Positions 1 through 8,600 of a stretch of 32,000 nucleotides of DNA are shown piece after piece. Both the position numbers and the translations under genes were made by a program. The DNA is from Halogeometricum borinquense DSM 11551 (GTDB taxonomy: Archaea; Halobacteriota; Halobacteria; Halobacteriales; Haloferacaceae): assembly GCF_000172995.2 (NCBI RefSeq), contig NC_014729.1, positions 2,760,001-2,792,000 of the forward strand. The letters are read 5' to 3'. The notes below the pieces were generated by a model. The model saw only the letters and a program-made list of their open reading frames with translations, ran no database searches and was not told the DNA's origin. The first letter of the stretch is position 1. Each line of letters starts with the position of its first letter.

Positions 1-1689
1 CACGAGTTCTCCGCGTACCTCAAGTACGACAACGCGCTGAGTACGTACTTCGGTCTCGTCTCCCTGTACAAAATGCACGATTTCGAGGAGTACGGCCAAC
101 TTCGCGCTGGCCTCGAATTCGACGACAAGGACTGGAACCTCGAATTCGGCTACAAATCGTGCGGCCTCGCACCACCGGACGACGATACTGACCTCGGGCG
201 ATGGGACTGGCGTCTCGACGATCCGCTCGAATTCCGGATCTACGTCTACCCCAGCGCGTACGATAGTTACCAAGACGCGAAAGACGAGAACCGCCAACGC
301 GTCTACTACCGCGTCTCTCCCCGGTGGTCCGACATGGAGTCGGTAAACGGGAAGTCATTCTCGAACCCGCACGATCTCCTGGGCGTAGACATCGAAGTTG
401 ATGGAAGCTACTTCGAGTTCGATCAGTACGCCGACGTCCTCTACCAAGCACTCGACGTCCTTCGAGATCGGCAACAAGAGTTCGGATGGAATTCCTACAC
501 TGCTATCGACGCAGACGCGTGCCATCCCGAGGAGACTCACGAGTCCTCGAACGTCATCGACGCGGAGTACTACGTGCGCGTGAAGAAAGAACTCACCGGG
601 AAGGTCTACGCGTTCGACGGGACGCTTCACCGTATTTCGATGCTTCTCGGCCGCGAGCGCAGCGGCTACTCGAAGACAGTCCGTGACGACCGGAAGTGCG
701 AAGGGCACTATCACACGGCCACAATAGGCGCGATGCGCGCGGCCGCGTTGGTCGGCGGTCACGAACTCCCGAAGGAGTTCAAGCACTACCACGTCAAGGA
801 ACCCGACGCTGTCGAAGGAACGGTTCTCGAGAACCCGAAAATGGGCGTGTCCTTCCAGCACGGCCTCTATGATGACACGCTGTACTGGGACGATCTCGAC
901 CGGCTGAAGCGAGAACTTGACGAGGGACTGTTGAACCTGCTTCAGTGGTCAGACCTGCCGATTACTCCGGACCACCAAGTGTTCGTGGCGGATGATTACT
1001 TCGCCGTAGAGGGCAGTCGGCGGTTCCGGAAGGTGATCGATGATCCGCTTCCGCGGATTGCTCAGCAGCAGGACGAAGAAGTGCGGCGCTTCGCTGTCGC
1101 TGGGAATCTCACGGAGACCGACGTCAACCTCGTTGATGAACTCCTGACTGACGGGGGGCACATCTCGCCTGCCGATCTCGCCGAACGGATCGGCGTCCAC
1201 ATCAACACCTGCTACAAGTCGCTGAAGCGACTGGGGAACATCGTCCAGCATGATTACGGGTCGGTCGAACTCGCCTCGAAGCACATCGCGCAGGGAGTCG
1301 TCGAACATATCGACTCCGCGCGGTCTGTCGTCGAGAACACGCTCGAGGAAGCGGCCGACGATCTCGTGCGTGCAGAGACGTTCGGTGACGATGATCCGTG
1401 GAGCCGGTGGCTCGATCACTACGTCGAAGACGTTGAAGAGGGAGCGGGAAGCGGGAACCGCGACGTTCTGGAGTTCGGGTGGAAGCCGAGTGACCGACAC
1501 GACGCGAAGCGACTCATCCGCGCGGGCGCGATGAAGTGGGCGGAAGTCGCGGGTGAGGATATGCCGCGATTTGCGAGGGAGTTTGAGGTTGAAATGACGC
1601 TCGCGGATAACTCACGGTTCAACCTCGACTGGAGAGCCTTGAAGAAACTCCTGCCACGGAACTACTCGCTGACGCCGTCGCACGGCTGA
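1..1689 (+). CDS. Hypothetical acidic protein, 5'-truncated by the window edge, with an HTH-like C-terminal segment. It may be the element's replication or regulatory protein.
   Basis: Frame 1 is open from nt 1 (HEFSAYLKYDNALSTYF...) into the listed ORF 73..1689. Composition is D/E-rich and halophile-like. There is an HTH-like stretch ISPADLAERIGVHINTCYKSLKRLG. Long antisense ORFs are Arg-rich artefacts. Confidence 0.75.
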   Translation, partial: HEFSAYLKYDNALSTYFGLVSLYKMHDFEEYGQLRAGLEFDDKDWNLEFGYKSCGLAPPDDDTDLGRWDWRLDDPLEFRIYVYPSAYDSYQDAKDENRQRVYYRVSPRWSDMESVNGKSFSNPHDLLGVDIEVDGSYFEFDQYADVLYQALDVLRDRQQEFGWNSYTAIDADACHPEETHESSNVIDAEYYVRVKKELTGKVYAFDGTLHRISMLLGRERSGYSKTVRDDRKCEGHYHTATIGAMRAAALVGGHELPKEFKHYHVKEPDAVEGTVLENPKMGVSFQHGLYDDTLYWDDLDRLKRELDEGLLNLLQWSDLPITPDHQVFVADDYFAVEGSRRFRKVIDDPLPRIAQQQDEEVRRFAVAGNLTETDVNLVDELLTDGGHISPADLAERIGVHINTCYKSLKRLGNIVQHDYGSVELASKHIAQGVVEHIDSARSVVENTLEEAADDLVRAETFGDDDPWSRWLDHYVEDVEEGAGSGNRDVLEFGWKPSDRHDAKRLIRAGAMKWAEVAGEDMPRFAREFEVEMTLADNSRFNLDWRALKKLLPRNYSLTPSHG

Positions 1690-1727
1690 GGCGGGGCCTC
1701 GTGAGTGGCAACACTATTCGTCGCCTG

Positions 1728-1732
1728 TTTTT
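1728..1732 (+). terminator. Oligo-T tract downstream of the 1..1689 CDS
   Basis: A TTTTT run lies 39 nt after the stop, followed by a second T4 run. Archaeal terminators are typically oligo-T. Confidence 0.35.
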
Positions 1733-2478
1733 GCGGTAATCATTTCTGCTTTTCTGCCGGTTCTGGTACTTGGCTGGAGGTTCTTGATCGGCATCGTCAT
1801 CGAGGCCGACGAGCGACTGCCTTCGAAACTGGCGGGGGTACCCCACTTGTCCGTTAGGGGTGTCGGTAAAGACCGACACGGACAGATTACCTCAGCCTTC
1901 GCTTCGCTCAGGCTTCAGATGAAACAGACGAAGCATGGTCGCCGCGCCTACTCGGCGCGGCTTGGCGCGTATTAGATGTAGTGTGAGCCGCCGTTTCCTT
2001 CTACTTGTCAATTATAGCTTATCTATGTAGAGAGAAGATACTCCTCACTGTTGAGGTAATCACTTGGGTGAAGGAGCGACAATTGATTGGTCCAAGTTCA
2101 GAGTACACGGGAAGTCTCCCAGGACATTTTCGTTCTCGTTTAACTCAGGAGAATCTAGTCTATCATATCCATACTATAATATATATAGATGACAAATATT
2201 GTCGGGAGGTATGCCAACGAGATTGTTGTCGTTTTTTGGATCTTATGACTTTTTAGCTAAGACCTTGCCCGGAATTGCATTCGTTGCAGGAATATTTCCA
2301 TTATGTTGAATTAACCCCCGACGTATCTGCTGAGCCGCCAAGAGTTTCATTGCTTTGGAGGCCACATAACCAAGGGTCTTCCACCGGATCTTCGAGGGGG
2401 TGAGTTTCCCGCTGGCAGTGTTCGCCTTCAGTCACAGCACGGTGACAAAGAAGACCGAACTGGCGTCAAAATACGATG

Positions 2479-2901
2479 TTAGAAGCTGATGCCGTACTCG
2501 TTCTTTTTTGCGAACTCAATGAGGTTAATGCACATCTCAATCGTTCGATCTTTTCCTTCAGAGAGATCTCCATCGCGCTGCAAGTTTTCGCGGGCGGTTT
2601 CGAGCGATTGGATGAACAGATCGAGGCCTTCCGGATCACGAACGACATGGTCATCATCTTCGTATTTGTATTGGATTTCCTGCATCGAGGGTTCGCCAGC
2701 GTCTACGACTGACGTTGTCGGCTTTTCATAGATCATAAATGTCCCATCTTGTTGCAGATCATTCTTGAAGTACTGATACGGTGGTAGATCTGCTAGAGTG
2801 TCGTCGTATTTTGAGTTCTCCACGTGGTACTGGTAGACCGTTTTTCCTGTTTCGAGTGTCTGTTCCTCATTGGGAACGACTAGTAGAAATGTAGCACCCA
2901 T
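2479..2901 (-). CDS. Hypothetical acidic 140-aa protein; candidate immunity partner of the upstream DUF4157 toxin-like gene
   Basis: It starts 6 nt after the toxin stop on the same strand and shares the same AT-richer composition. It has no signal peptide or TM segment. Its position and size are typical of polymorphic-toxin immunity genes. Confidence 0.6.
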   Translation of the reverse strand: MGATFLLVVPNEEQTLETGKTVYQYHVENSKYDDTLADLPPYQYFKNDLQQDGTFMIYEKPTTSVVDAGEPSMQEIQYKYEDDDHVVRDPEGLDLFIQSLETARENLQRDGDLSEGKDRTIEMCINLIEFAKKNEYGISF

Positions 2902-2907
2902 ACGTTC

Positions 2908-4452
2908 TCACCACGGCCTCACATCATGAGCAATGTTGTACATCAACTTAAGTTCCTCAGAGGTCCACTTGTACGTTTCAACGTGGGTGCTTTCTTCATG
3001 GCTGTCGTCCATCCCCTTTGGGACTATTGTACACGCCTCAGCATTCCCAAAGTCTTCCTCTGATAGGTCGTTAATGCAGTCGTTTAATCGATCAATGTTT
3101 TCGATTTTAGGTTTGCCAGTCTCACCCCGTGGAATCCCGTAATCTATGTCCTTGAGTGCACGTTTCGCTTGTTTAGTTGCCTTACTCGCATAATCATCGT
3201 CAGTTGAACCAACTTTTTCTTCGACCACCTTCACAACCTCTCCCGACTTTTTGTCCACGATTAGTTTATCGAATTCCGGATTTCTACTGGAATTCACTTG
3301 GACTCCTTTGACCATGGAGTCGTGGCCGGGAACCACGGCAAGTTCGCCTCTCTCGTCGGAGTCCTCAACGAAGCTTTCGACGAGATTTTTCTCAGGGTGC
3401 GACGAAAGGACCTCTCCTACATCTCCTTCACTGGCCCCAAGATCCTTCGGAGAGTCACCGATTCTCCAGAGGTCCTCGAAAAACTCATCATATTTGTCGT
3501 CGTCTACGGTCTGTTCTAACTCAGCGAGTAACTCGTCACTCAATCCCATCTCTTTGAGCGCCACCAGTGGTGACGCCACAGTATCCCGATCAGGGAGGTT
3601 GTTCCAGCGGGGCATCCGCTGAACGTGCACGTCTGAGTGCTCCATGCGATGCACGCCAATCTTTCCGCCTTGCATCACGCGCTGAGCGGTTTCTTCGGCT
3701 TCCCGTTCCAAGCGTGGGTCAGGATCAATCTCTAACTCGCCTGCTTGGGGAAGCATCGACACCGCGCCACCAGTCTGCTGGCGCACGTGCGCGAGTTCGT
3801 GGGCGAGAATATGCTGACCTTCAGCACTCGATGGATCGTATTCGCCGTGGTTGAACGCGATGTGATTCCCGACGGTAAACGCGCGGGCGTTGATATCCTC
3901 GCAAGCTTTCGCGGCCGATGGACCCGTATGGATGCGTACATCGCCCAGATTGTCGCCCATCCGATCTTCCATCGCACGCTGGATGCTCGTGTCGAGTTGC
4001 TGGCCCGGCGAGGAAATCACGTCTCGTACGGAGTCAGGCACGTTCGTGTCGCCAGCTTTCGACGCCTCGTGGTGCGCGCCGCGACTACGCTGGACAGATT
4101 TAGCGTTCCGGCGTTCGATGTCCTTTGGGACTTCTGCGGGGCGTTCTTTCTGACGCTGGCGGAACGCGCGCATGTCGCGTGGCTTGCCCATCGTATCGAC
4201 GGTCATGCCTTCGTCGGCCCATTCTCGGACTTGGTCTGCGCCGTGTTTCTTGGCCAGTCGCTGAATCTTCGTATCCAGCCCGTCCATGTATATTTCGACG
4301 CCGAATCGTGATTCACACTCTTGGGGCGTTAGCGGACCACCGCCACCACGACTCCGAGTCCGATTCAAGCCTCCCGTCAACTCTTGAATAGACGGAACGG
4401 ACGAGGATCGATCACCCTCACGGGCCCGTTCCTCTGTAGATCGAAATTCCAT
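2908..4452 (-). CDS. DUF4157 (zincin-like HExxH) domain protein with a divergent C-terminal domain; polymorphic-toxin-like effector
   Basis: The stretch LGDVRIHTGPSAAKACEDINARAFTVGNHIAFNHGEYDPSSAEGQHILAHELAHVRQQ matches the DUF4157 signature (VRIHt..A..a...A.AfT.G..I.F....y.P....G..LLAHELtHVvQQ). The C-terminal 230 aa are unrelated to this domain. A TATA-like TTATAT lies about 30 nt upstream. Confidence 0.9.
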   Translation of the reverse strand: MEFRSTEERAREGDRSSSVPSIQELTGGLNRTRSRGGGGPLTPQECESRFGVEIYMDGLDTKIQRLAKKHGADQVREWADEGMTVDTMGKPRDMRAFRQRQKERPAEVPKDIERRNAKSVQRSRGAHHEASKAGDTNVPDSVRDVISSPGQQLDTSIQRAMEDRMGDNLGDVRIHTGPSAAKACEDINARAFTVGNHIAFNHGEYDPSSAEGQHILAHELAHVRQQTGGAVSMLPQAGELEIDPDPRLEREAEETAQRVMQGGKIGVHRMEHSDVHVQRMPRWNNLPDRDTVASPLVALKEMGLSDELLAELEQTVDDDKYDEFFEDLWRIGDSPKDLGASEGDVGEVLSSHPEKNLVESFVEDSDERGELAVVPGHDSMVKGVQVNSSRNPEFDKLIVDKKSGEVVKVVEEKVGSTDDDYASKATKQAKRALKDIDYGIPRGETGKPKIENIDRLNDCINDLSEEDFGNAEACTIVPKGMDDSHEESTHVETYKWTSEELKLMYNIAHDVRPW

Positions 4453-4542
4453 CTTTCTACCTGATTGACAGCAACCCCATATAATTCCTCTCCGTTCGAG
4501 ACCGAACGTTTCTGTACGGACGAGGACAGTGCGTGAGCGCCG

Positions 4543-4926
4543 TTAGAACAGCGCAGAGAGAACGGCGAGGTCGTCGGCCGACGGCCACGTGTAGAGCGCC
4601 CACGCGCCGAACACGTAGGTCATGAGCGGGACTTCGAGGCCGAACGCCCACGGGACCACGAACGGCGTGAGGAGTGCCCCGACCATCGTCGGCGCGAGGT
4701 TCGCAACGACGACGACGACCACGGGCGTCCCAGCGGGGTAGTTGAGTTCGAGACGCGGTGGAACGAGTCGATCGACGAGATCCAACGGGCGGGTTGCCTC
4801 GATCCACGGCCACGCCACCGCAGCATGCGTGAGTTCGTGCGCGAGTACTGCGGGGAACATAACGAGCGCCCCGAGGAGATCGACGAGGCCGACATTCTCT
4901 GAATCCGTATCAGAGGTCGTCGTCAT
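4543..4926 (-). CDS. Small polytopic membrane protein with an HExxH motif (putative membrane-embedded zinc metallopeptidase); last gene of the long operon
   Basis: AHELTHAAV sits at the edge of a hydrophobic helix and there are about 4 TM segments. I chose the start at ATG 4926 because it overlaps the upstream stop (ATGA) and GGAGGTG lies 10 nt upstream. The track ORF extends to 4953. Confidence 0.7.
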   Translation of the reverse strand: MTTTSDTDSENVGLVDLLGALVMFPAVLAHELTHAAVAWPWIEATRPLDLVDRLVPPRLELNYPAGTPVVVVVVANLAPTMVGALLTPFVVPWAFGLEVPLMTYVFGAWALYTWPSADDLAVLSALF

Positions 4927-5282
4927 CGCGGACGAGCACCTCCGCCGTTCCATAAGCTAAACAGTGCAAGCGCCGCGCCGAACAGGATCGACATGAACGC
5001 TCCAATCTTGGCCGCAGGCGGGAGGAACGGCATGAGGAACCCGCCGATCAGGATCGAAATCACTGCGGGGAGATCAGCGCGACCCTCAGTGAGGATGTAG
5101 AGAATCGTGCCGATCCCGATCCCGAGCATGGCCGGCGCAACCGGCCCAAGGAGATCCATGAACGGCTTGACGAACCCCGCCCACGCGTCGCCCTCTTTCC
5201 ACGGATCGTCGTAGGGGCTGTCGTACTGTGCGACCGTACTCGAGAGAACCCACGCGACCTCCAAGAGAACCGAGGACGTCAC
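4923..5282 (-). CDS. Polytopic membrane protein (119 aa) ending NGGGARPR
   Basis: It has 3-4 hydrophobic helices. I chose the GTG start at 5282 because it overlaps the upstream stop (GTGA) and GGGGGTG lies 8 nt upstream. The longer track ORF (to 5375) would overlap the upstream gene by 97 nt. Confidence 0.7.
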   Translation of the reverse strand: MTSSVLLEVAWVLSSTVAQYDSPYDDPWKEGDAWAGFVKPFMDLLGPVAPAMLGIGIGTILYILTEGRADLPAVISILIGGFLMPFLPPAAKIGAFMSILFGAALALFSLWNGGGARPR

Positions 5283-5659
5283 CGCGGACGCACCCCCGAA
5301 CGCCCGGTGAACATGTAGATCACAAATAGACCCATTGACCACGTGAGTGGCGACGCGATCATAACCGCACCCCACGACGGAAGGCCCGCATTGACGAGCA
5401 TATCCGCTAAGGCGTATATCAATACGAACGACGAAACGACCTCGTCAGTACCGGAGATCGTCGCGCCGATAAACGAGGTATCGCTCGAGCCACGACTCGC
5501 TGAGTAGTCCTTGAGATCGCCTTTGCTCTGCGCGACGTCGTCTTGAACGCCCGTGTCCGGTTGCATCCCGAGCCAGTCAGCAGTTCCCGAGGCAGTCATG
5601 GCCCCACCGACGCCCGCTACGCAAACGATGAACAGGAGGATCGTCGCCGGGTGTCTCAT
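5279..5659 (-). CDS. Small secreted/membrane-anchored protein (126 aa)
   Basis: The N-terminal signal-like segment is MRHPATILLFIVCVAGVGGAMTASG, and there are C-terminal TM helices plus a GRSGVRPR tail. ATG 5659 overlaps the upstream stop (ATGA), with GGAGGTG 7 nt upstream. The N-terminal extension of the track ORF is Arg-rich junk. Confidence 0.7.
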   Translation of the reverse strand: MRHPATILLFIVCVAGVGGAMTASGTADWLGMQPDTGVQDDVAQSKGDLKDYSASRGSSDTSFIGATISGTDEVVSSFVLIYALADMLVNAGLPSWGAVMIASPLTWSMGLFVIYMFTGRSGVRPR

Positions 5660-8600
5660 CGCCGACCACCTCCGCCAACGGCCATAGCGACTGCGACGAG
5701 TCCAGCAAACACGACCACCCCGCCGCTCGCGGTGTACCACCCGAGCCACCACATGACCGCGGCAACTCCGGTAACCGCAAGGGAGCCGATCGACGAGAGG
5801 CGACCACCGAACAGCATCCCCACGAACAGGAACAGGCAGGTGAGGATCACAGGCGTCCACTTCGGGCCTATCGGGTTCTCGATGACGTACCGCTTGCCGT
5901 CTGCGAGGTCATTCGAACTCTCGATTACTGTGTTCGACGAGTTGTAAGCGTACCACGTGACCTCCCAATCCGTTTCGGTGAGATTACCAGAGACGGTCTT
6001 GTTGAGGCTGAACGTTCCGTATCCTTCCGTGTACGTGCTGTTCATGATCTCGTTGCTTGAGTTGTTCGCCGCGTGGATGATGACGCGGAGCTTGCTCGTG
6101 TTCTGTGTTGGATCATGGTATTGGAAGTGCACGACGCCGTTCGGTTCCTCGTTGCCGTCGGTGAGGTCGATGTACGCGGCAGAGTGTCTGATCGCCTGCG
6201 TGTTGTCCTCGACTTTCCACGATACCTGGCCGACGTTGAGAGTAACAGTTCCCTTTCGCGTCGCCGTGTAGGCACCGAGCACGCGGCTTGAGTTATGTTC
6301 GCCGACGATACGAATCCGGTATCGACGATCCTTCTCAAGGGTTGCCTCGAAGCGTCCCTCGGCTCCGAAGAAGTCTCCGGAGACCGTGACCCACTCAAGG
6401 CCGCTCGACGTGTTCACCGCGCGCTCGATGTAGAGTTTTGCTCGTTCGTTGGATCCGGAGAACTCACCAGTGAGGTCGTTGAGGACGAACTCGGTGTAGT
6501 AGGCCGTCTTGCTGTCGTTAAGGAGATAGACCGAATCTTGCTCATAGAGTGACGTGATGATCACTGTGCGACGGTTGTGACCGTCCGCCTCGAGGACGAG
6601 GACGTAGGTCCGATCGACTGGCAGATCCGTGAGATTGAGCTTGCCGTTCTCTGTCGATCGCTCAAAGACGAGTTCCCCGGAGAAGAACCGTCCAGTGACG
6701 GTGACATTCGTCCCGTTGATCAACTCCTTGGGTTGGTTGACCGGGCGGATGTAGAGCGTCGATGGGACGAGATAGGTCTTATTCGCCGAGGTCGCGTCAG
6801 GGTTGCTCGAATTTCCCGAACCGTACTCGTCGTAGACGCGCACGTACCAGGAGTGATTGCCTCCGCCGACGTCGGTGATTGTCGTTGACGCCGTCCCGTT
6901 CGCCGAGAGCGTGTCAGTCCCAACGACCTCGCTATCGACGACGAACTCGGCTGTGACGGTGTCGCCGTCGAGCTGGAAGTCCCGGTCGGAGACGTTGACC
7001 GAGAGGGTAACGTCCTTGCTCGTCAACTTCGCCCCGTCCTCCGGGCTCATGCTTGAGGAGTTGACCGTCGGCTCGTAGTGGTCGATCTCCCAGGTGAACG
7101 AGTCCGACTCGGAGGTGAGGCCGTACTCGTCGGTCATCTCGACGTGCCACGTGTGGTTGCCGTCCTCGAGCGGGCCGACGTCGAACGTCACCGTCCCGTT
7201 CTTCGTGACGTTCTTGCTGCCGGCGACGGCGCCGTCGAGCACGAGATCGACCTTGACCTCGTCGCCGCTCGGCTCCGCAAAGTCCCGGTCGGAGACGTCG
7301 ATCGAGATCGTCTCGTTCGCGTATCTCGAGGTCGAACCGTCCGGGCTCGCCGAGCTGTTGTCGACGTCCGCCGCGTAGTGGTTGACCGTAAAGTTCCACG
7401 TCGACGACGTCGTCGCCTCCCCATACTCGTCGGTCGTCTCGACGTGCCACGTGTGGTTGCCGTCCTCGAGCTCGGTTACGGTCGTCGAGACGGTCTGGTT
7501 CGACGTGATCGTTTGTGTGTCGACGATCTCACCGTCGAGATAAACGTCGACGGTGACCGAGTCGCCTTGTGGTGTCGAAAAGTCCGAGTCGGAGATCGGG
7601 ACCGAGAGCGTTACATCCTCGTTGTTGGTGTCGCTCCCGCCGCTTGGAGCCGCCTCAGCTCCGTCTATCGACGGCGCTCGAGGTTGGAACCAAACGCCCT
7701 CGTCATGGATCTCGGCGACCGTCCCCGCCGGTTCGTCGTCGAAGACGACCTTCGTCCGCCACATCTCGTAGCTGGTGTTCCCGAGGTCAAGCGTGTAGTT
7801 CCCCGTCGACGAGTAGGTCGAGCTCTCGACGTCCGTCCAAGACGACGTCGAGGAGTCGTAGGCCTGGATTGTGACCGTCGCGCTCGCGTTCTGGAGCGTG
7901 AGGTCCGCCCACGCCTTCTTTGCGTTCCCAACGTCGTGAGGCTGCGAGATGTACGTCCCGCTGGACTTCTCACCGTTGAGATCGATCGCGTCGAAGTATT
8001 GGGCGTTGTGTTTCCACGCCTCCATCATGATACCGCCGGATTTGACCGTCTCATTGGAATCCGTCGCGGAGAGGGACGCGACGACGTTCCCGGCTTCGTC
8101 GTAGACCGTATAGTTCAGCTCGCCGTTCTCACCCCACTCAATTTTTCCACGGACCCACTCGCCCGAGGGAGTCCCAATATCCTTGTCGCGTAGGGTCGTG
8201 GACGTCCCATTGACGACCTTGATGATTCGGATGTCTTGAACGGTGTAGCCGTGCCTGACCCGATAATAGTTATTCGAGTCCTTCCCGAAATTGAACGCCC
8301 ACCCACCGCCAGAACCATCGTGGTAGGTGCGGAACGAGATCGTGTCGCCCGCGGACGGGTACTTCGGTAGCCCACTCGTCGAAACGAGATCCTCATCGAC
8401 GCTTGGGTCCATCTCGACCGCGTAGTCTCCGCTCCAGACCATCGAGGACTGAACGGTGTCGCCTGTCGTTTGCGTGTATTCGGACAGATCACCGTCCTCG
8501 AAGCCGTCTACGGTCTGGTTTAGCTGTCCTTCCAGCGCCACGGACGCCGACGTGCCGGACCCTTCGACGGAGACGTTCGTGAGCTCGGTCGCGTCGTTGA

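Noticed and set aside
370-760. Possible archaeo-eukaryotic primase (prim-pol) motifs in the first protein: VDIEVD as DxE and EGHYH as the His motif.
   Set aside because: The spacing between the putative motifs (about 100 aa) is far from the usual 30-60 aa, and the N-terminus is missing. This is too weak to call without a profile search.
20-1500. Minus-strand ORFs 20..451, 355..861 and 949..1500, antisense to the first gene.
   Set aside because: They are Arg-rich or compositionally atypical. The plus-strand frame is continuous, acidic and open from the window edge.
1619-1879. An 86-aa basic minus-strand ORF convergent with gene 1.
   Set aside because: Its GTG start lies inside a perfect hairpin, it overlaps the 3' end of the 1..1689 CDS by 70 nt, and it is Arg/Ser-rich. 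It is probably non-coding.
7078-8193. A 371-aa plus-strand ORF, plus many other long ORFs antisense to the operon genes (for example 12665..13360, 11694..12452, 9496..10212, 6932..7450).
   Set aside because: They are extremely Arg/Pro/Val-rich or Ser-rich with no halophile-like acidity. They lie exactly antisense to ORFs that have signal peptides, TM helices, repeats and SD-coupled starts. These are typical high-GC shadow ORFs.
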